Shown: positions 1 to 9,425 of the stretch, in pieces | How the letters are laid out: each line of letters opens with the position of its first letter | Position numbering within the stretch: the first letter of the stretch is position 1 | NCBI GenBank assembly: GCA_038108555.1 | Contig: JAYNIA010000001.1 | Span: 1-61,660 of the forward strand | DNA: 61,660 bases | Source of the DNA: Nitrospinota bacterium | GTDB lineage: Bacteria; Nitrospinota; Nitrospinia; Nitrospinales; VA-1 | Direction of reading: 5' to 3' | The notes under the pieces: generated by a model | The model's database searches: none | What the model was told of the DNA's origin: nothing | The model's input: only the letters and a program-made list of their open reading frames with translations | Translations under genes and position numbers: made by a program

Positions 1-92
1 AAGAATACAATCAGTTTAGACCACATAGTTCACTGAACTATCAACCTCCAGCACCGGAAACGATTAAGCCAAAGGTGGAAATACTAACTTAA
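1..92 (+). mobile_element. 3' end of IS3-family transposase (integrase core C-terminus), cut by window edge
   Basis: Frame from nt 3 reads EYNQFRPHSSLNYQPPAPETIKPKVEILT*, matching the YNxxRPHSSLxYxPP motif of IS3 OrfB; no clear right inverted repeat follows. Confidence 0.75.
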
Positions 93-555
93 CAAAACCG
101 AAAACTTACTACTGTTCCAACAGTGGGTATTGAGGGAGATTTTGGGATTAACTTTTTGATAAATAAATAGTTGGTCGGAATCGAATATAAAAAACTGGGA
201 GGGATTTGTGCTTTTAGCGTAATATTTGACTTCACTCTCTGGGCAAGTAGAATTGGCGGTGTTTAATTGATTCAGGCTAATGTGTCCATAAGGATGTGGA
301 AGTGAAATGAAGTAGAAAATTTTTGATTTTAAATGAGGACTGAGGATTCTACTCAAAAGCAAATCTTTAAAACAATATTAAAATCCCATTAAAACCCCTT
401 TTAAATGCGCCTTTAACGTTCATTAGATATCTATTTCTTTATATGCCAAGGAAATGACACCTTATTAACAGTTTGGTTTTGTCATCTGAGGTGGAGTTTT
501 TTGACAAGTGAGCTGAGCATCTACAGAAATAAAGGGGTATAAATTCCGCTCAAAA

Positions 556-569
556 GACAAAAAAATGAC
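556..569. promoter_or_regulatory. Putative enhancer-binding-protein (FleQ/FlrA-like) box
   Basis: GACAAAAAAATGAC, one mismatch to GTCA-N6-TGAC, about 120 bp upstream of a sigma54 promoter. Confidence 0.4.
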
Positions 570-689
570 GTAATTCTGGTTTCTGGCTGCCGTTTGACAG
601 AAAACCCTCCCCTTCCCCACCCCCCATAAACCACTACAAATAAAGGGTTTTCTAGCTACCCCAATTTGCCGCCCCAGCCAATCCGATTA

Positions 690-705
690 TGGTATGGAAC
701 TTGCT
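690..705 (+). promoter_or_regulatory. sigma54 (-24/-12) promoter of flagellar operon
   Basis: TGGTATGGAACTTGCT: GG(691-692)-N10-GC(703-704), about 80 bp upstream of flgC. Confidence 0.75.
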
Positions 706-782
706 AACTTAATGACAAAAACCTCCCGTGAGGTGGGTTTTATCATTAACGTAAGCATATTTAATTAAAGGAAGACTGGAAA

Positions 783-1220
783 ATGGATTTTCTTACCAAC
801 ATGAAAATCAGCTCATCGGGATTGACCGTTCAAAGAAAACGCATGGAAGCGATTTCCAGCAACCTTGCCAATCTTGAAACGACCCGGACTCCCGAGGGTG
901 GACCTTACCGAAAAAAGGATGTTTTGGTCACCGCCGTCCCTATGGAAAGTCAGTTCGGTAGTATTTTTAAAAATGAATTGGGTGATAAATTGACGAAACC
1001 CCAAATTACAGAAATAGTAGAAGACCAGTCGGAACCCCGTCAGGTTTTTAATCCCAAACATCCGGATGCGAATGATGAAGGCTATGTGGCGATGCCAAAT
1101 ATCGACCCCATGACGGAGATGGTCAATATGATCACCACGCAAAGATCATTTGAAGCCAATATAACAGCACTAAATGCTTCCAAGGCAATGGCAACAAGAG
1201 CCATTGATCTTGGTAGATAA
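783..1220 (+). CDS. flgC: Flagellar basal-body rod protein FlgC
   Basis: SGLTVQRKRMEAISSNLAN, GGPYRKK, HPDANDEGYVAMPNID, EMVNMI motifs. Confidence 0.96.
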   Translation: MDFLTNMKISSSGLTVQRKRMEAISSNLANLETTRTPEGGPYRKKDVLVTAVPMESQFGSIFKNELGDKLTKPQITEIVEDQSEPRQVFNPKHPDANDEGYVAMPNIDPMTEMVNMITTQRSFEANITALNASKAMATRAIDLGR

Positions 1221-1255
1221 AGGATTATTTTATTAACTTTATAAACTAAACTCTC

Positions 1256-2848
1256 ATGGATAACTTTCAGGATTTTCTAGGACAACTCGGTGAACGGTTT
1301 AACGAACTGTCGCAAGGCAAAAAGGTAGCTGCGCTTTCTCTGGTCGCACTGGCTTTGGCCTCGCTTCTCGTCATGTCTTTATGGCTGAAGTCCCCCGATT
1401 TTCAACTCTTGTATGCCAATCTTTCACAGGAAGACGCTGGTGCCATTGTTGAAAAACTGAAAAGCCAGAAAGTTCCCTATGAGGTATCAAATAATGGACG
1501 CACCATTCGTGTTGCCTCCGACTTGATTCATGAAATCAGATTGCAAATGGCCAGTGAAGGCCTCCCTGAAGGATCTGATGTAGGACTGGAAATTTTTGAA
1601 GACACTCCTTTGGGAATGACAGACTTTATTCAGAAATTGAATTACCAACGCGCTCTCCAAGGGGAGTTGACTCGAACCATTAAAACTTTGGACGCAGTCG
1701 CCCAGGCACGGGTTCATCTGGTAATTCCCAAAGATAATTTATTCCGAAAAGAAAAACCCAAGGGAAAAGCTTCTGTAACTTTGAAAATCAAATCCGGGAA
1801 ATCTTTAACGGAAGGGCAGATTCAGGGAATCGTTCATTTGGTTTCTTCCAGTGTTGGCAGCATTCAGGCTTCTGATGTTGTCGTTGTAGACTTGAAGGGA
1901 AATCTTTTGTCAGGCGGCAAAGAACCTTCAAAGGAAGCTATGATGTCTGCCTCAAACTTTAAACACAAGCTTCGTGTTGAAAAACAATTGCAGGCCAAAA
2001 TTATCAAGATGCTTGAAGATGCCCTGGGACCGGGCAATGTGATTGCCAAAGTTTCCACCGATCTGGACTTTGAACAGGTGGAAAGAACCGAGGAAATTTT
2101 CGATCCCGATTCCCAAGTGGTTCGAAGCGAAAACCAGATTACCGAAACCTCTAAAGGCGCTGTTCCTCCGGGAGGCATTCCGGGAGTTCAAGCTCTGGTT
2201 CCCGCTGGCGAAACTCAAACCGGCGTGGTGGGCCAGGCGGCCGAAAGAAATAAGTCCAACGCGGTATTTAATTACGAGATCAATAAAGTTGTTCGAAGGG
2301 TTTCCAAGCCTGTTGGCGAAATCGCCAAGCTCAGCGTTGCCGTCATGATCGATGGAACCCTGGAGGGTGATCCTGCTGAATATAAAGCACGGACCCCGGA
2401 AGAAATGGCGAAGTATCTGGAAATCGTGAAATCCGCTGTGGGATACGATGAGGAACGAGGCGACGTCATTAAAGTTGAGAACATTCAATTCGATCGCTCG
2501 CAAATGGACAAGGAAAAAGCAGAGCTTGAACGAGCCGAGCAAATTGATATGGCGATGGAAATCGGCAAACTGGTTGTCGGCTTGATCTTCCTCATCATGT
2601 TCTTTACCCGGGTTATCAGGCCCATTATCACCTGGATGACTACTACGGTAGAAGTTGTACCTGAAGCAGATCAATTGGGTGCCGCTGACATTGATGCGGT
2701 AGATGAAGAGAAACGGCGACTCAACGAAATGGCTTCTGAAGCAGCACATATCAGAGAGTCTGTCGCGGAATTTGTTGGCAATGATCCTAAATACACTGCC
2801 GGCGTTATTAGAAAATGGATGCGGGAAAAAGATCCTGCCGCTAAATAA
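1256..2848 (+). CDS. fliF: Flagellar MS-ring protein FliF
   Basis: Two TM segments, LYANLSQEDAG, GLEIFE...GMTDF, RALQGELTRTI, ARVHLVIP. Confidence 0.96.
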   Translation: MDNFQDFLGQLGERFNELSQGKKVAALSLVALALASLLVMSLWLKSPDFQLLYANLSQEDAGAIVEKLKSQKVPYEVSNNGRTIRVASDLIHEIRLQMASEGLPEGSDVGLEIFEDTPLGMTDFIQKLNYQRALQGELTRTIKTLDAVAQARVHLVIPKDNLFRKEKPKGKASVTLKIKSGKSLTEGQIQGIVHLVSSSVGSIQASDVVVVDLKGNLLSGGKEPSKEAMMSASNFKHKLRVEKQLQAKIIKMLEDALGPGNVIAKVSTDLDFEQVERTEEIFDPDSQVVRSENQITETSKGAVPPGGIPGVQALVPAGETQTGVVGQAAERNKSNAVFNYEINKVVRRVSKPVGEIAKLSVAVMIDGTLEGDPAEYKARTPEEMAKYLEIVKSAVGYDEERGDVIKVENIQFDRSQMDKEKAELERAEQIDMAMEIGKLVVGLIFLIMFFTRVIRPIITWMTTTVEVVPEADQLGAADIDAVDEEKRRLNEMASEAAHIRESVAEFVGNDPKYTAGVIRKWMREKDPAAK

Positions 2849-2860
2849 TAAAGGTTAATT

Positions 2861-3865
2861 ATGAAGAGAAAAATTTCAGGACCGGAAAAAGCCGCTATAC
2901 TGTTGATGGACCTTGGGGAAGAAAAGGCCGCTCAGGTTTTGGCAAATATGGATGAGCGTGAAATTCAAACCCTGGGCAACTATATGTCCTCACTTGGCAA
3001 TGTTGATTTGAAAGACATGGATACGGTAAACAAAGATTTTTTCAGCCATGTTGAAACCGGTGCCTCCGGATTAGGTAGAGCTGGAACCGAATTTCTAAAA
3101 TCTGCCCTTCATCAGGCCATGGACCCTGCCAAGGCAAATGAAATTTTGAACAATATCACCTCTCCCGACCAGGAATTGGGTGGAGGACTGGAAACGATAC
3201 GCCTACTGGAACCAAATATAATCGCAGGCTTCATTGAAAAGGAGCATCCTCAAACGGCTGCAATCATTCTGGCACATCTTGATCCGAATGTAGCAAGCCA
3301 GACAGTAAAGGAAATTTCTGAAAATAAACGTATGGAAATTGTTCACCGCCTTGCTACTCTGGAAAGGGTATCCCCCCAGGTCCTTAAAGATTTGGATGAC
3401 GCCCTGAAAACAGAATTCCAATATTCTGGAACTTTTTCCGGAAACAAATTGGGCGGCAAGGCTGTAGCTGCAAGACTCATGGGTGCCATGGACAGGGCTA
3501 CAGAAACCAGTATTCTCTCTTCCATGGAAGAGATTGACCCCGACATGGCAAATGAGATTCGTGAATTGAGATTTACGTTTGAAGACATTCAAAAAATTGA
3601 TGATGAAGGTATACGGTTACTTTTAAGAGACGTTACAAGTGAAGATTTGCTTTTAGCACTTAAAACAGCCTCGGATGAAGTGAAAGTAAAAATATTTACA
3701 AACATGTCTGATCGTGCGGCGGATATGCTGCAGGAAGATCTTGAGCTGCTTGGCCCCACTAAAATCAGTGAGGTTGAAAAAGCACAACAAAAAATTGTTT
3801 CCATCTGCAAGTACCTGGAAGAATCCGGCGCAATTGTGATGGGTAGAGGAGAAGCCCTTGTCTGA
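2861..3865 (+). CDS. fliG: Flagellar motor switch protein FliG
   Basis: SGPEKAAILL, EHPQ motif, FTFEDI, NMSDRAA. Confidence 0.96.
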   Translation: MKRKISGPEKAAILLMDLGEEKAAQVLANMDEREIQTLGNYMSSLGNVDLKDMDTVNKDFFSHVETGASGLGRAGTEFLKSALHQAMDPAKANEILNNITSPDQELGGGLETIRLLEPNIIAGFIEKEHPQTAAIILAHLDPNVASQTVKEISENKRMEIVHRLATLERVSPQVLKDLDDALKTEFQYSGTFSGNKLGGKAVAARLMGAMDRATETSILSSMEEIDPDMANEIRELRFTFEDIQKIDDEGIRLLLRDVTSEDLLLALKTASDEVKVKIFTNMSDRAADMLQEDLELLGPTKISEVEKAQQKIVSICKYLEESGAIVMGRGEALV

Positions 3866-4784
3866 TTTACGCCAAAATTTTGAGTCGAGCAACCTAAAAA
3901 AGGGAGATGCTGCCGGCCCCATCGTAAGCGATGAAGAGCGGTCCTTTAAATTCGATGAGCTGACCATTCAGAATCCATCCATCCGTCGCGGTTTTACCTA
4001 CGACTCCGATAAAGCGCGGAACTTTGACCAGTCGAATGTTGATAAAGCCAAACAGGGGGTAATGGAACTGCTAAAGGATGCCATGGACAAGGCAAAACGG
4101 CAGGTTGGGGAGCTGAAATCCAATGCACGAAAAGAAGGATACGACACCGGGTTTGAAGGGGGCTTTAAAAAAGGCCGGGAAGATGCAAAGGAAGAATTCA
4201 GCCCCGTACTGGAAACCACGCAGAAATTGATTGAAGAACTGTCCGGGTTTAGAAAAGAAATGTATGACAAGGTTGAAAGGGAAATGATCGAAATGGTCAT
4301 CAGTCTGACAAAAAAAGTCATTCATTTTGAATTTTCAACACGGGAAGACGCTGTGCAGGACATGATCCGCCTGGCAGTCCAATCTGTATTGGACAGGGAG
4401 TCCATGGTCATAAAAATTCATCCGACGGATAAGGAATACGCCGAAAGTTTTCGCCCGGAACTTCATCATATGTTCAGCGAGATCAAGAATATTACTTTTG
4501 AAGCGCATTCAGGAATTGAACGCGGGGGTTGCGTTATTGAAACCAACTTTGGTGTGATCGATGCACGTATTGAGAAGTTGGAAGAACAAATTGACCGCAT
4601 TCTCAATCTCTCTCCTGCTGAGCCGGAAAAGTTAATAGCAGCCTCCGAAACCGTAGAGCTTGAAACCTCTGTAGAGGAGGCAACCGAAGAAGAGCCGCAG
4701 GCATCTAAAAATGAAGCCAAAGATGAAGTAAAAGATGACGAAACAGAGTCGACAGAAAATAATCCTGAAGAAACGCAACGGTAA
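3858..4784 (+). CDS. fliH: Flagellar assembly protein FliH
   Basis: GxxxG repeats (EGYDTGFEGGFKKG), GGCVIETNFGVIDARI; lies between fliG and fliI; acidic C-terminal tail. Confidence 0.9.
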   Translation: MSDLRQNFESSNLKKGDAAGPIVSDEERSFKFDELTIQNPSIRRGFTYDSDKARNFDQSNVDKAKQGVMELLKDAMDKAKRQVGELKSNARKEGYDTGFEGGFKKGREDAKEEFSPVLETTQKLIEELSGFRKEMYDKVEREMIEMVISLTKKVIHFEFSTREDAVQDMIRLAVQSVLDRESMVIKIHPTDKEYAESFRPELHHMFSEIKNITFEAHSGIERGGCVIETNFGVIDARIEKLEEQIDRILNLSPAEPEKLIAASETVELETSVEEATEEEPQASKNEAKDEVKDDETESTENNPEETQR

Positions 4785-4789
4785 GAAAA

Positions 4790-6109
4790 ATGGAAGCCAC
4801 CATTGATTTAAAAAAGTACAGAGACTTTATAGAAAAAACGGACTTCGTTAAAAAGACCGGACGGGTTAACCGTATTATCGGATTGATTCTCGAAGGCGAT
4901 GGTCCCGCCGTTTCTGTGGGAAGTATCTGTAACATCTATCCAAATAATCGACCGCCAATTCAAGCACAAGTTGTTGGCTTTCGCGAAAAGAACACCTTGC
5001 TAATGCCCCTGGGGGACATTATCGGTATTGAGCCTGGCAGCATTATTGAATCGACGGAGGAATATCCTACTTTTAAAGTCGGCGATGCTCTTGTCGGTCG
5101 TATCATTGATGGCAACGGACTGCCAATTGACGGTAAAGGCCCTATTCCTGCAACAACAGAATATCCCTTAATGGGGAGTCCGATTAATCCGCTTGAACGA
5201 AAACGTTTGAAAGAACCCTTGGATGTGGGAATTCGTTCCATAAACGGCCTGCTGTCTTTCGCGAAAGGACAAAGGGTGGGAATTCTTGCGGGAACCGGTG
5301 TGGGCAAATCGGTTTTAATGGGCATGATCGCGAGAAATACCAATGCCGATATCAATGTTATTGCGTTGATCGGCGAAAGGGGCCGGGAGGTAAAGGAATT
5401 CATCGATGAAAATCTCGGAGAAGAAGGATTAAAACGCTCCATCGTAGTTGCTGCCGCCTCGGACGAGCCGCCTCTGGTAAGGTTGCGCGGCGCTTATATA
5501 GCGACGACCATCGCTGAGTATTTCAGGGATCAAGGCAAGGACGTCATGCTTATGATGGATTCTGTAACTCGATTTGCCCTGGCACAAAGGGAAATTGGGT
5601 TGTCGGTGGGCGAACCGCCTACCACTAGAGGATTTACTCCCTCAGTATTTTCAATGTTGCCAAGGCTGCTGGAACGGGCCGGGACCTCATCCAGCCAGGG
5701 ATCTATCACTGGACTTTATACCGTTCTTGTTGAAGGTGACGATGTCAGCGAACCCATTTCCGATGCGGTAAGAGCTATTCTTGATGGTCACATCGTTCTA
5801 AGCCGTGAATTGGCAGCCCATAATCATTATCCGGCAATTGACATTCTAAATAGTGTCAGCCGATTGATGATTGATGTGATTACCAAAGAGCATCAGGAAA
5901 TTTCGATGAAGTTTAAAGATTTCCTTGCAACCTACAAAACAGCAGAAGATCTAATCAATATTGGGGCCTATGTAAAAGGCAGCAATCCTAAAATTGATAT
6001 GGCGATTCAAAAATATGATTTAATGATTCCGTATCTCAGGCAGGGTATTCATGAAAATTTTGACTGGCGATCCAGTTTGGATGAATTGAAACGGATTATG
6101 GAGGTTTAA
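4790..6109 (+). CDS. fliI: Flagellum-specific ATPase FliI
   Basis: Walker A AGTGVGKS, IGERGREV, Walker B LMMDSVTRFA, GEPP, LDGHIVLSR. Confidence 0.96.
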   Translation: MEATIDLKKYRDFIEKTDFVKKTGRVNRIIGLILEGDGPAVSVGSICNIYPNNRPPIQAQVVGFREKNTLLMPLGDIIGIEPGSIIESTEEYPTFKVGDALVGRIIDGNGLPIDGKGPIPATTEYPLMGSPINPLERKRLKEPLDVGIRSINGLLSFAKGQRVGILAGTGVGKSVLMGMIARNTNADINVIALIGERGREVKEFIDENLGEEGLKRSIVVAAASDEPPLVRLRGAYIATTIAEYFRDQGKDVMLMMDSVTRFALAQREIGLSVGEPPTTRGFTPSVFSMLPRLLERAGTSSSQGSITGLYTVLVEGDDVSEPISDAVRAILDGHIVLSRELAAHNHYPAIDILNSVSRLMIDVITKEHQEISMKFKDFLATYKTAEDLINIGAYVKGSNPKIDMAIQKYDLMIPYLRQGIHENFDWRSSLDELKRIMEV

Positions 6110-6112
6110 CTG

Positions 6113-6559
6113 GTGAGTTTTCGATTCGAAACAATTCTAAAACTGAACAAAAACAAAGAAGACCTGTTACAAAAAGATCTGGGGCAGATCAATTCTTTGA
6201 TTCAAAAGCAGCAAGACAGTCAAAACTTCATGAAAAATATCATGGAGGAAAAAAAGGAAGAATTAAACCATAAAAAAAGAGAGAATATTGATGTCAAAAC
6301 CATGATCCTGTATGACAATTTTTTCCGGGGCACCGAGGTACACAAAAAACGACAAGATTCCATAATTTCCGAAATCACTGTTAAACTCGAGGAAAAAAGG
6401 CAAGAAGTATTCCAGGCAATGCAGAAGCGCAGAACTCTAGAAATACTTAAAGACCGGGACATGTTAAAAGAAAGAAAACTTAGAGAAAAAAGGGAACTTG
6501 CAATTCAGGATGAAAATGCTTCCAATCTGTGGGAAAGAAATTCTAAGGAATGGATATGA
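6113..6559 (+). CDS. fliJ: Flagellar export chaperone FliJ
   Basis: FRFETIL N-terminus, 148 aa coiled coil, directly after fliI. Confidence 0.85.
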   Translation: MSFRFETILKLNKNKEDLLQKDLGQINSLIQKQQDSQNFMKNIMEEKKEELNHKKRENIDVKTMILYDNFFRGTEVHKKRQDSIISEITVKLEEKRQEVFQAMQKRRTLEILKDRDMLKERKLREKRELAIQDENASNLWERNSKEWI

Positions 6560-7254
6560 ATAATAAAATATTTTTTATCCTTATTACAACTGCCATTACA
6601 TTTATTTTCTGGAAAAACCCGGGAACCGAAAATTCCTCTTCGGGCACCGGCCTAGCCTACGCCCAGGTCAAAATGCTTGATGGAGCCACAGAAAAAAAGC
6701 GCGATAACACAGACAAACCCATATTGGATGGAAAACAGGAAGGGGATTTGGAAGGGGACGCCATGAAGGATAAAAAAGTAGCATTGCCCACCGAAATGCC
6801 CGCTGTAAACCCGGAAACTTTTCGAATGATTGAAACCATCGAAAAGAAAAATCGGGAATTGAAGCGCCGGGAAGAGGAATTGCGCATCAAAGAACTTAAA
6901 ATAAAAGCCATAGAGGCCAAGGTAAGCAAAGACCTTGAGAAAATTGAAAAAGGTCTTTCAGAGTCTAAGCAACAACTTGGCATGCAGGATGAAAAAACCA
7001 AGGAAAACGTAGAAGCGTTAATCAAGGTTTATTCCAGCATGAAGCCGGAAGAAGCGGCAAATTTAATTGAAGCAATTGATGACGACCTGGCCCTGAAAAT
7101 TGTTTCGGGAATGAAAGCTAAAATTGCAGGAAAAGTGCTCAGCAAACTGGACGTAAAAGTTGCAAAACGCATTAGTGAAACTCTGGCCGGAAAGAGATTA
7201 AAAGAAATGAAAAAAATGGATGATAAAATGGCCGCTGGAGATAAAAATAAATAA
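6556..7254 (+). CDS. MotE-like flagellar protein (MgtE N-domain-like)
   Basis: N-terminal TM, coiled coil, LIKVYSSMKPEEAA...KIAGKVLSKLD; ATG at 6556 overlaps fliJ stop (ATGA). Confidence 0.75.
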   Translation: MNNKIFFILITTAITFIFWKNPGTENSSSGTGLAYAQVKMLDGATEKKRDNTDKPILDGKQEGDLEGDAMKDKKVALPTEMPAVNPETFRMIETIEKKNRELKRREEELRIKELKIKAIEAKVSKDLEKIEKGLSESKQQLGMQDEKTKENVEALIKVYSSMKPEEAANLIEAIDDDLALKIVSGMKAKIAGKVLSKLDVKVAKRISETLAGKRLKEMKKMDDKMAAGDKNK

Positions 7255-7256
7255 CC

Positions 7257-7895
7257 TCAAGTTTCTTGAGGCAGGCCTTCCTTAGGAGTATCTGTTTGCG
7301 TCATTCCAAAAGAAATGATCATTTTCAATCCCTCTTCGACAGTCATATTTAAAGGCTGAGCGTCTTTTTCCGGAAGCATAAAAAGAAATCCTGTTGTAGG
7401 ATTTGGGGAAGTAGGAACAAAAATATTCAACATTTTCTCACCCTTGGTAATTCCCTCCGGTGTATCACAGCAAACAATTCCCAGAGTTTTTAAAGGTGCC
7501 CTGGGGTATGTGATGAGAACCATCTTTTGAAAACTAGGGGTTTCTGTCAAGGACACGGTGTCGACCACTTTTTTAATACTGGTATAAATGACCCGGACCA
7601 CAGGGATATTGTGAAGTAATTTTTCACCCAGGGCCACAACTTTTTTCCCAATAATATTTGTACCCACCAGCCCAACGGCAATAATAAAAATTGCAAGGAA
7701 TAAGAATCCCAGCCCGGGAACATGCCATTCCTCCATTAGCTGAATGTTTTCAGGCCCCAGTATACCTGTAATTACCGGTTTCATCGCTTTGTCAACACGG
7801 GTTATGACGAAGGATAAAATCATATAGGTCAACGCGGCAGGAACGGTAACTAAAAGTCCCGCAATCAAATTTTTCTTTAGGGCTTTCTTAAACAT
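7257..7895 (-). CDS. DUF502 family membrane protein
   Basis: AGLLVTVP, IPVVRVIYTSIK, FVPTSPNPTTGFL, MTVEEGLKMIISFG. Confidence 0.9.
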   Translation of the reverse strand: MFKKALKKNLIAGLLVTVPAALTYMILSFVITRVDKAMKPVITGILGPENIQLMEEWHVPGLGFLFLAIFIIAVGLVGTNIIGKKVVALGEKLLHNIPVVRVIYTSIKKVVDTVSLTETPSFQKMVLITYPRAPLKTLGIVCCDTPEGITKGEKMLNIFVPTSPNPTTGFLFMLPEKDAQPLNMTVEEGLKMIISFGMTQTDTPKEGLPQET

Positions 7896-7935
7896 GGCTG
7901 TTTATTCGAGTTTTGAAGGTCGCAAATTTCCAAGT

Positions 7936-9412
7936 TTATTTTAACGTTTTGATATGCTTTTCCACTCTTCGAACAAGGGCCGGGTGGCTTGTTAAACCCA
8001 GTTGGGTGAATTTTTGGTAAAAATGTATTGCTGACTCCATATTACCAGTCTCTTCATGCAAAACCGCAAGATTATAATGCGTACCAGCGTGGTCTGCTCC
8101 TAATTTCAGAGCCCGCTGCAATACCGATTTCGCCCTTTCCAGTTGCCCAATTTTCTTAAAGGCCACCGATAAATTGTTTAAAGCCTCAATGTTTTGGGGG
8201 TCAATCGTTACCGCTTTTTTATAATTCTGAATTGCGGTTTGGTAATTTTTTTTAGCGAAGTATACCACACCAATATTATTGTATGCTTTTGCATAATCAG
8301 GTTTCAGGAAAATCGCCTTCAAAAACTCTTCAATAGCCCGGTTATATTGTTTTAACTCCTTATGAATAACCCCCATATTATTGTAAATATCAGGGTTATC
8401 GGGGCTAAGCTTCGCTGCTTTAACATAATTTTTTAAAGACTGTTCCCAATCTCTGGATTGCTGAAAAAATATGGCCCGATTAAAATAATAGTCTCCATTT
8501 TTAAATATATCCGGTTCCGGCAGATCGGGAATTATCACTTCTTTTTTTTCAGGAGTCAGAGCAGCAAGCCTTTTTTCTTTTTTCTCTGGTTTTAAAATAG
8601 TCACTGATTTTTCCGACGGTTCTTTGACCGGCCCAGGGACAACCTTTTTAGGCTTGGAAGAGGTTTTGGGCGTTTCCTTCTTCACTTCAGGCGGCTTCCG
8701 GGTCCAGCTTAACGGGTGCAGGCGGTGAATCCGGCGGTTCTTTTAATTCCACCCGAGCCATTTGTTCAGGTTTGGGTGGGGCAATCTTCTTTTTCGGTGC
8801 AGCAAGTTCCTTAACAAACACTTCCTTCATGCCCGGTTCTAAAATTGGAATCTGCTCTGGTTTTCCCGCGGCTGCCTTTTTTGTCACCGGTTTTTCAGGC
8901 GCAACTTTCTTTGCTACAGGTTTTTCAGCCAAAGGTTTTTTCGCTACAGACGCAGGTTTTTTTTTGGCCGCTACCGGTTTCGATATTGGCTTCGATGGTT
9001 TGGCGGGTTGAGTAGGCGGAGGTTTTATCTCCTTCTTCATTACAGGCTTTGTTGCCTTTGGTACCGTCGGGGATGGAGCATTGGCCACGACCGGAGGTTG
9101 AGGAGCCAGCTTTACTTTTGGTTTAAAGGGATTAGCCACAAGCAAGAACACCAAAACTGAAGCGGGAATAACGATTAATACAACAAACCGCTTTACTTCT
9201 TTAGGATCAAAACTTTTGGAACTCGATTTCGATTCTTGCTTCAGGTTCTTTAGGAGATTGATTCCGGGATTTTTTGAGGACTTTTCTTTAAGTGCTTTTT
9301 TTAAAATGTCTGCGATCAGACTAACACGTCGGCTTTTTTCACCTTCAGGGCTTTCTTTGGGGGTTGTTTTCTCTTTGAGCGCCTTTTTCAGGCTGTCTGC
9401 GATCAGGCTCAC
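7936..9412 (-). pseudogene. MshN-like TPR protein, frameshifted near 8697-8702
   Basis: ORF 9412-8687 (MSLIADSLKKA start, TM, Pro/Lys linker) continues as KPPEVKKE into TPR ORF 8685-7936 if one base is removed from gacccggaag; C-terminal TPR repeats (YNNMG, YNNIG, LNNLS, HYNLA). Confidence 0.75.
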
Positions 9413-9418
9413 GCGCCG
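9281..9418 (-). repeat. Duplicated 51-bp unit encoding RRVSLIAD(S/I)LKKALKEK
   Basis: Copies at 9418-9368 and 9331-9281; 16/17 aa identical, 10 codons differ synonymously. Confidence 0.8.
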
Positions 9419-9425
9419 CCCTCTA

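Noticed and set aside
84..362. 92 aa minus-strand ORF with a faint ISLPHPYGHI resemblance to a metallo-hydrolase motif
   Set aside because: TTG start, in-frame stop just upstream, no RBS and degenerate motif; at most an unrecognisable remnant
710..748. Possible c-di-GMP-I riboswitch before flgC
   Set aside because: Has a GNRA hairpin but lacks the GACGCAAA junction and the second stem
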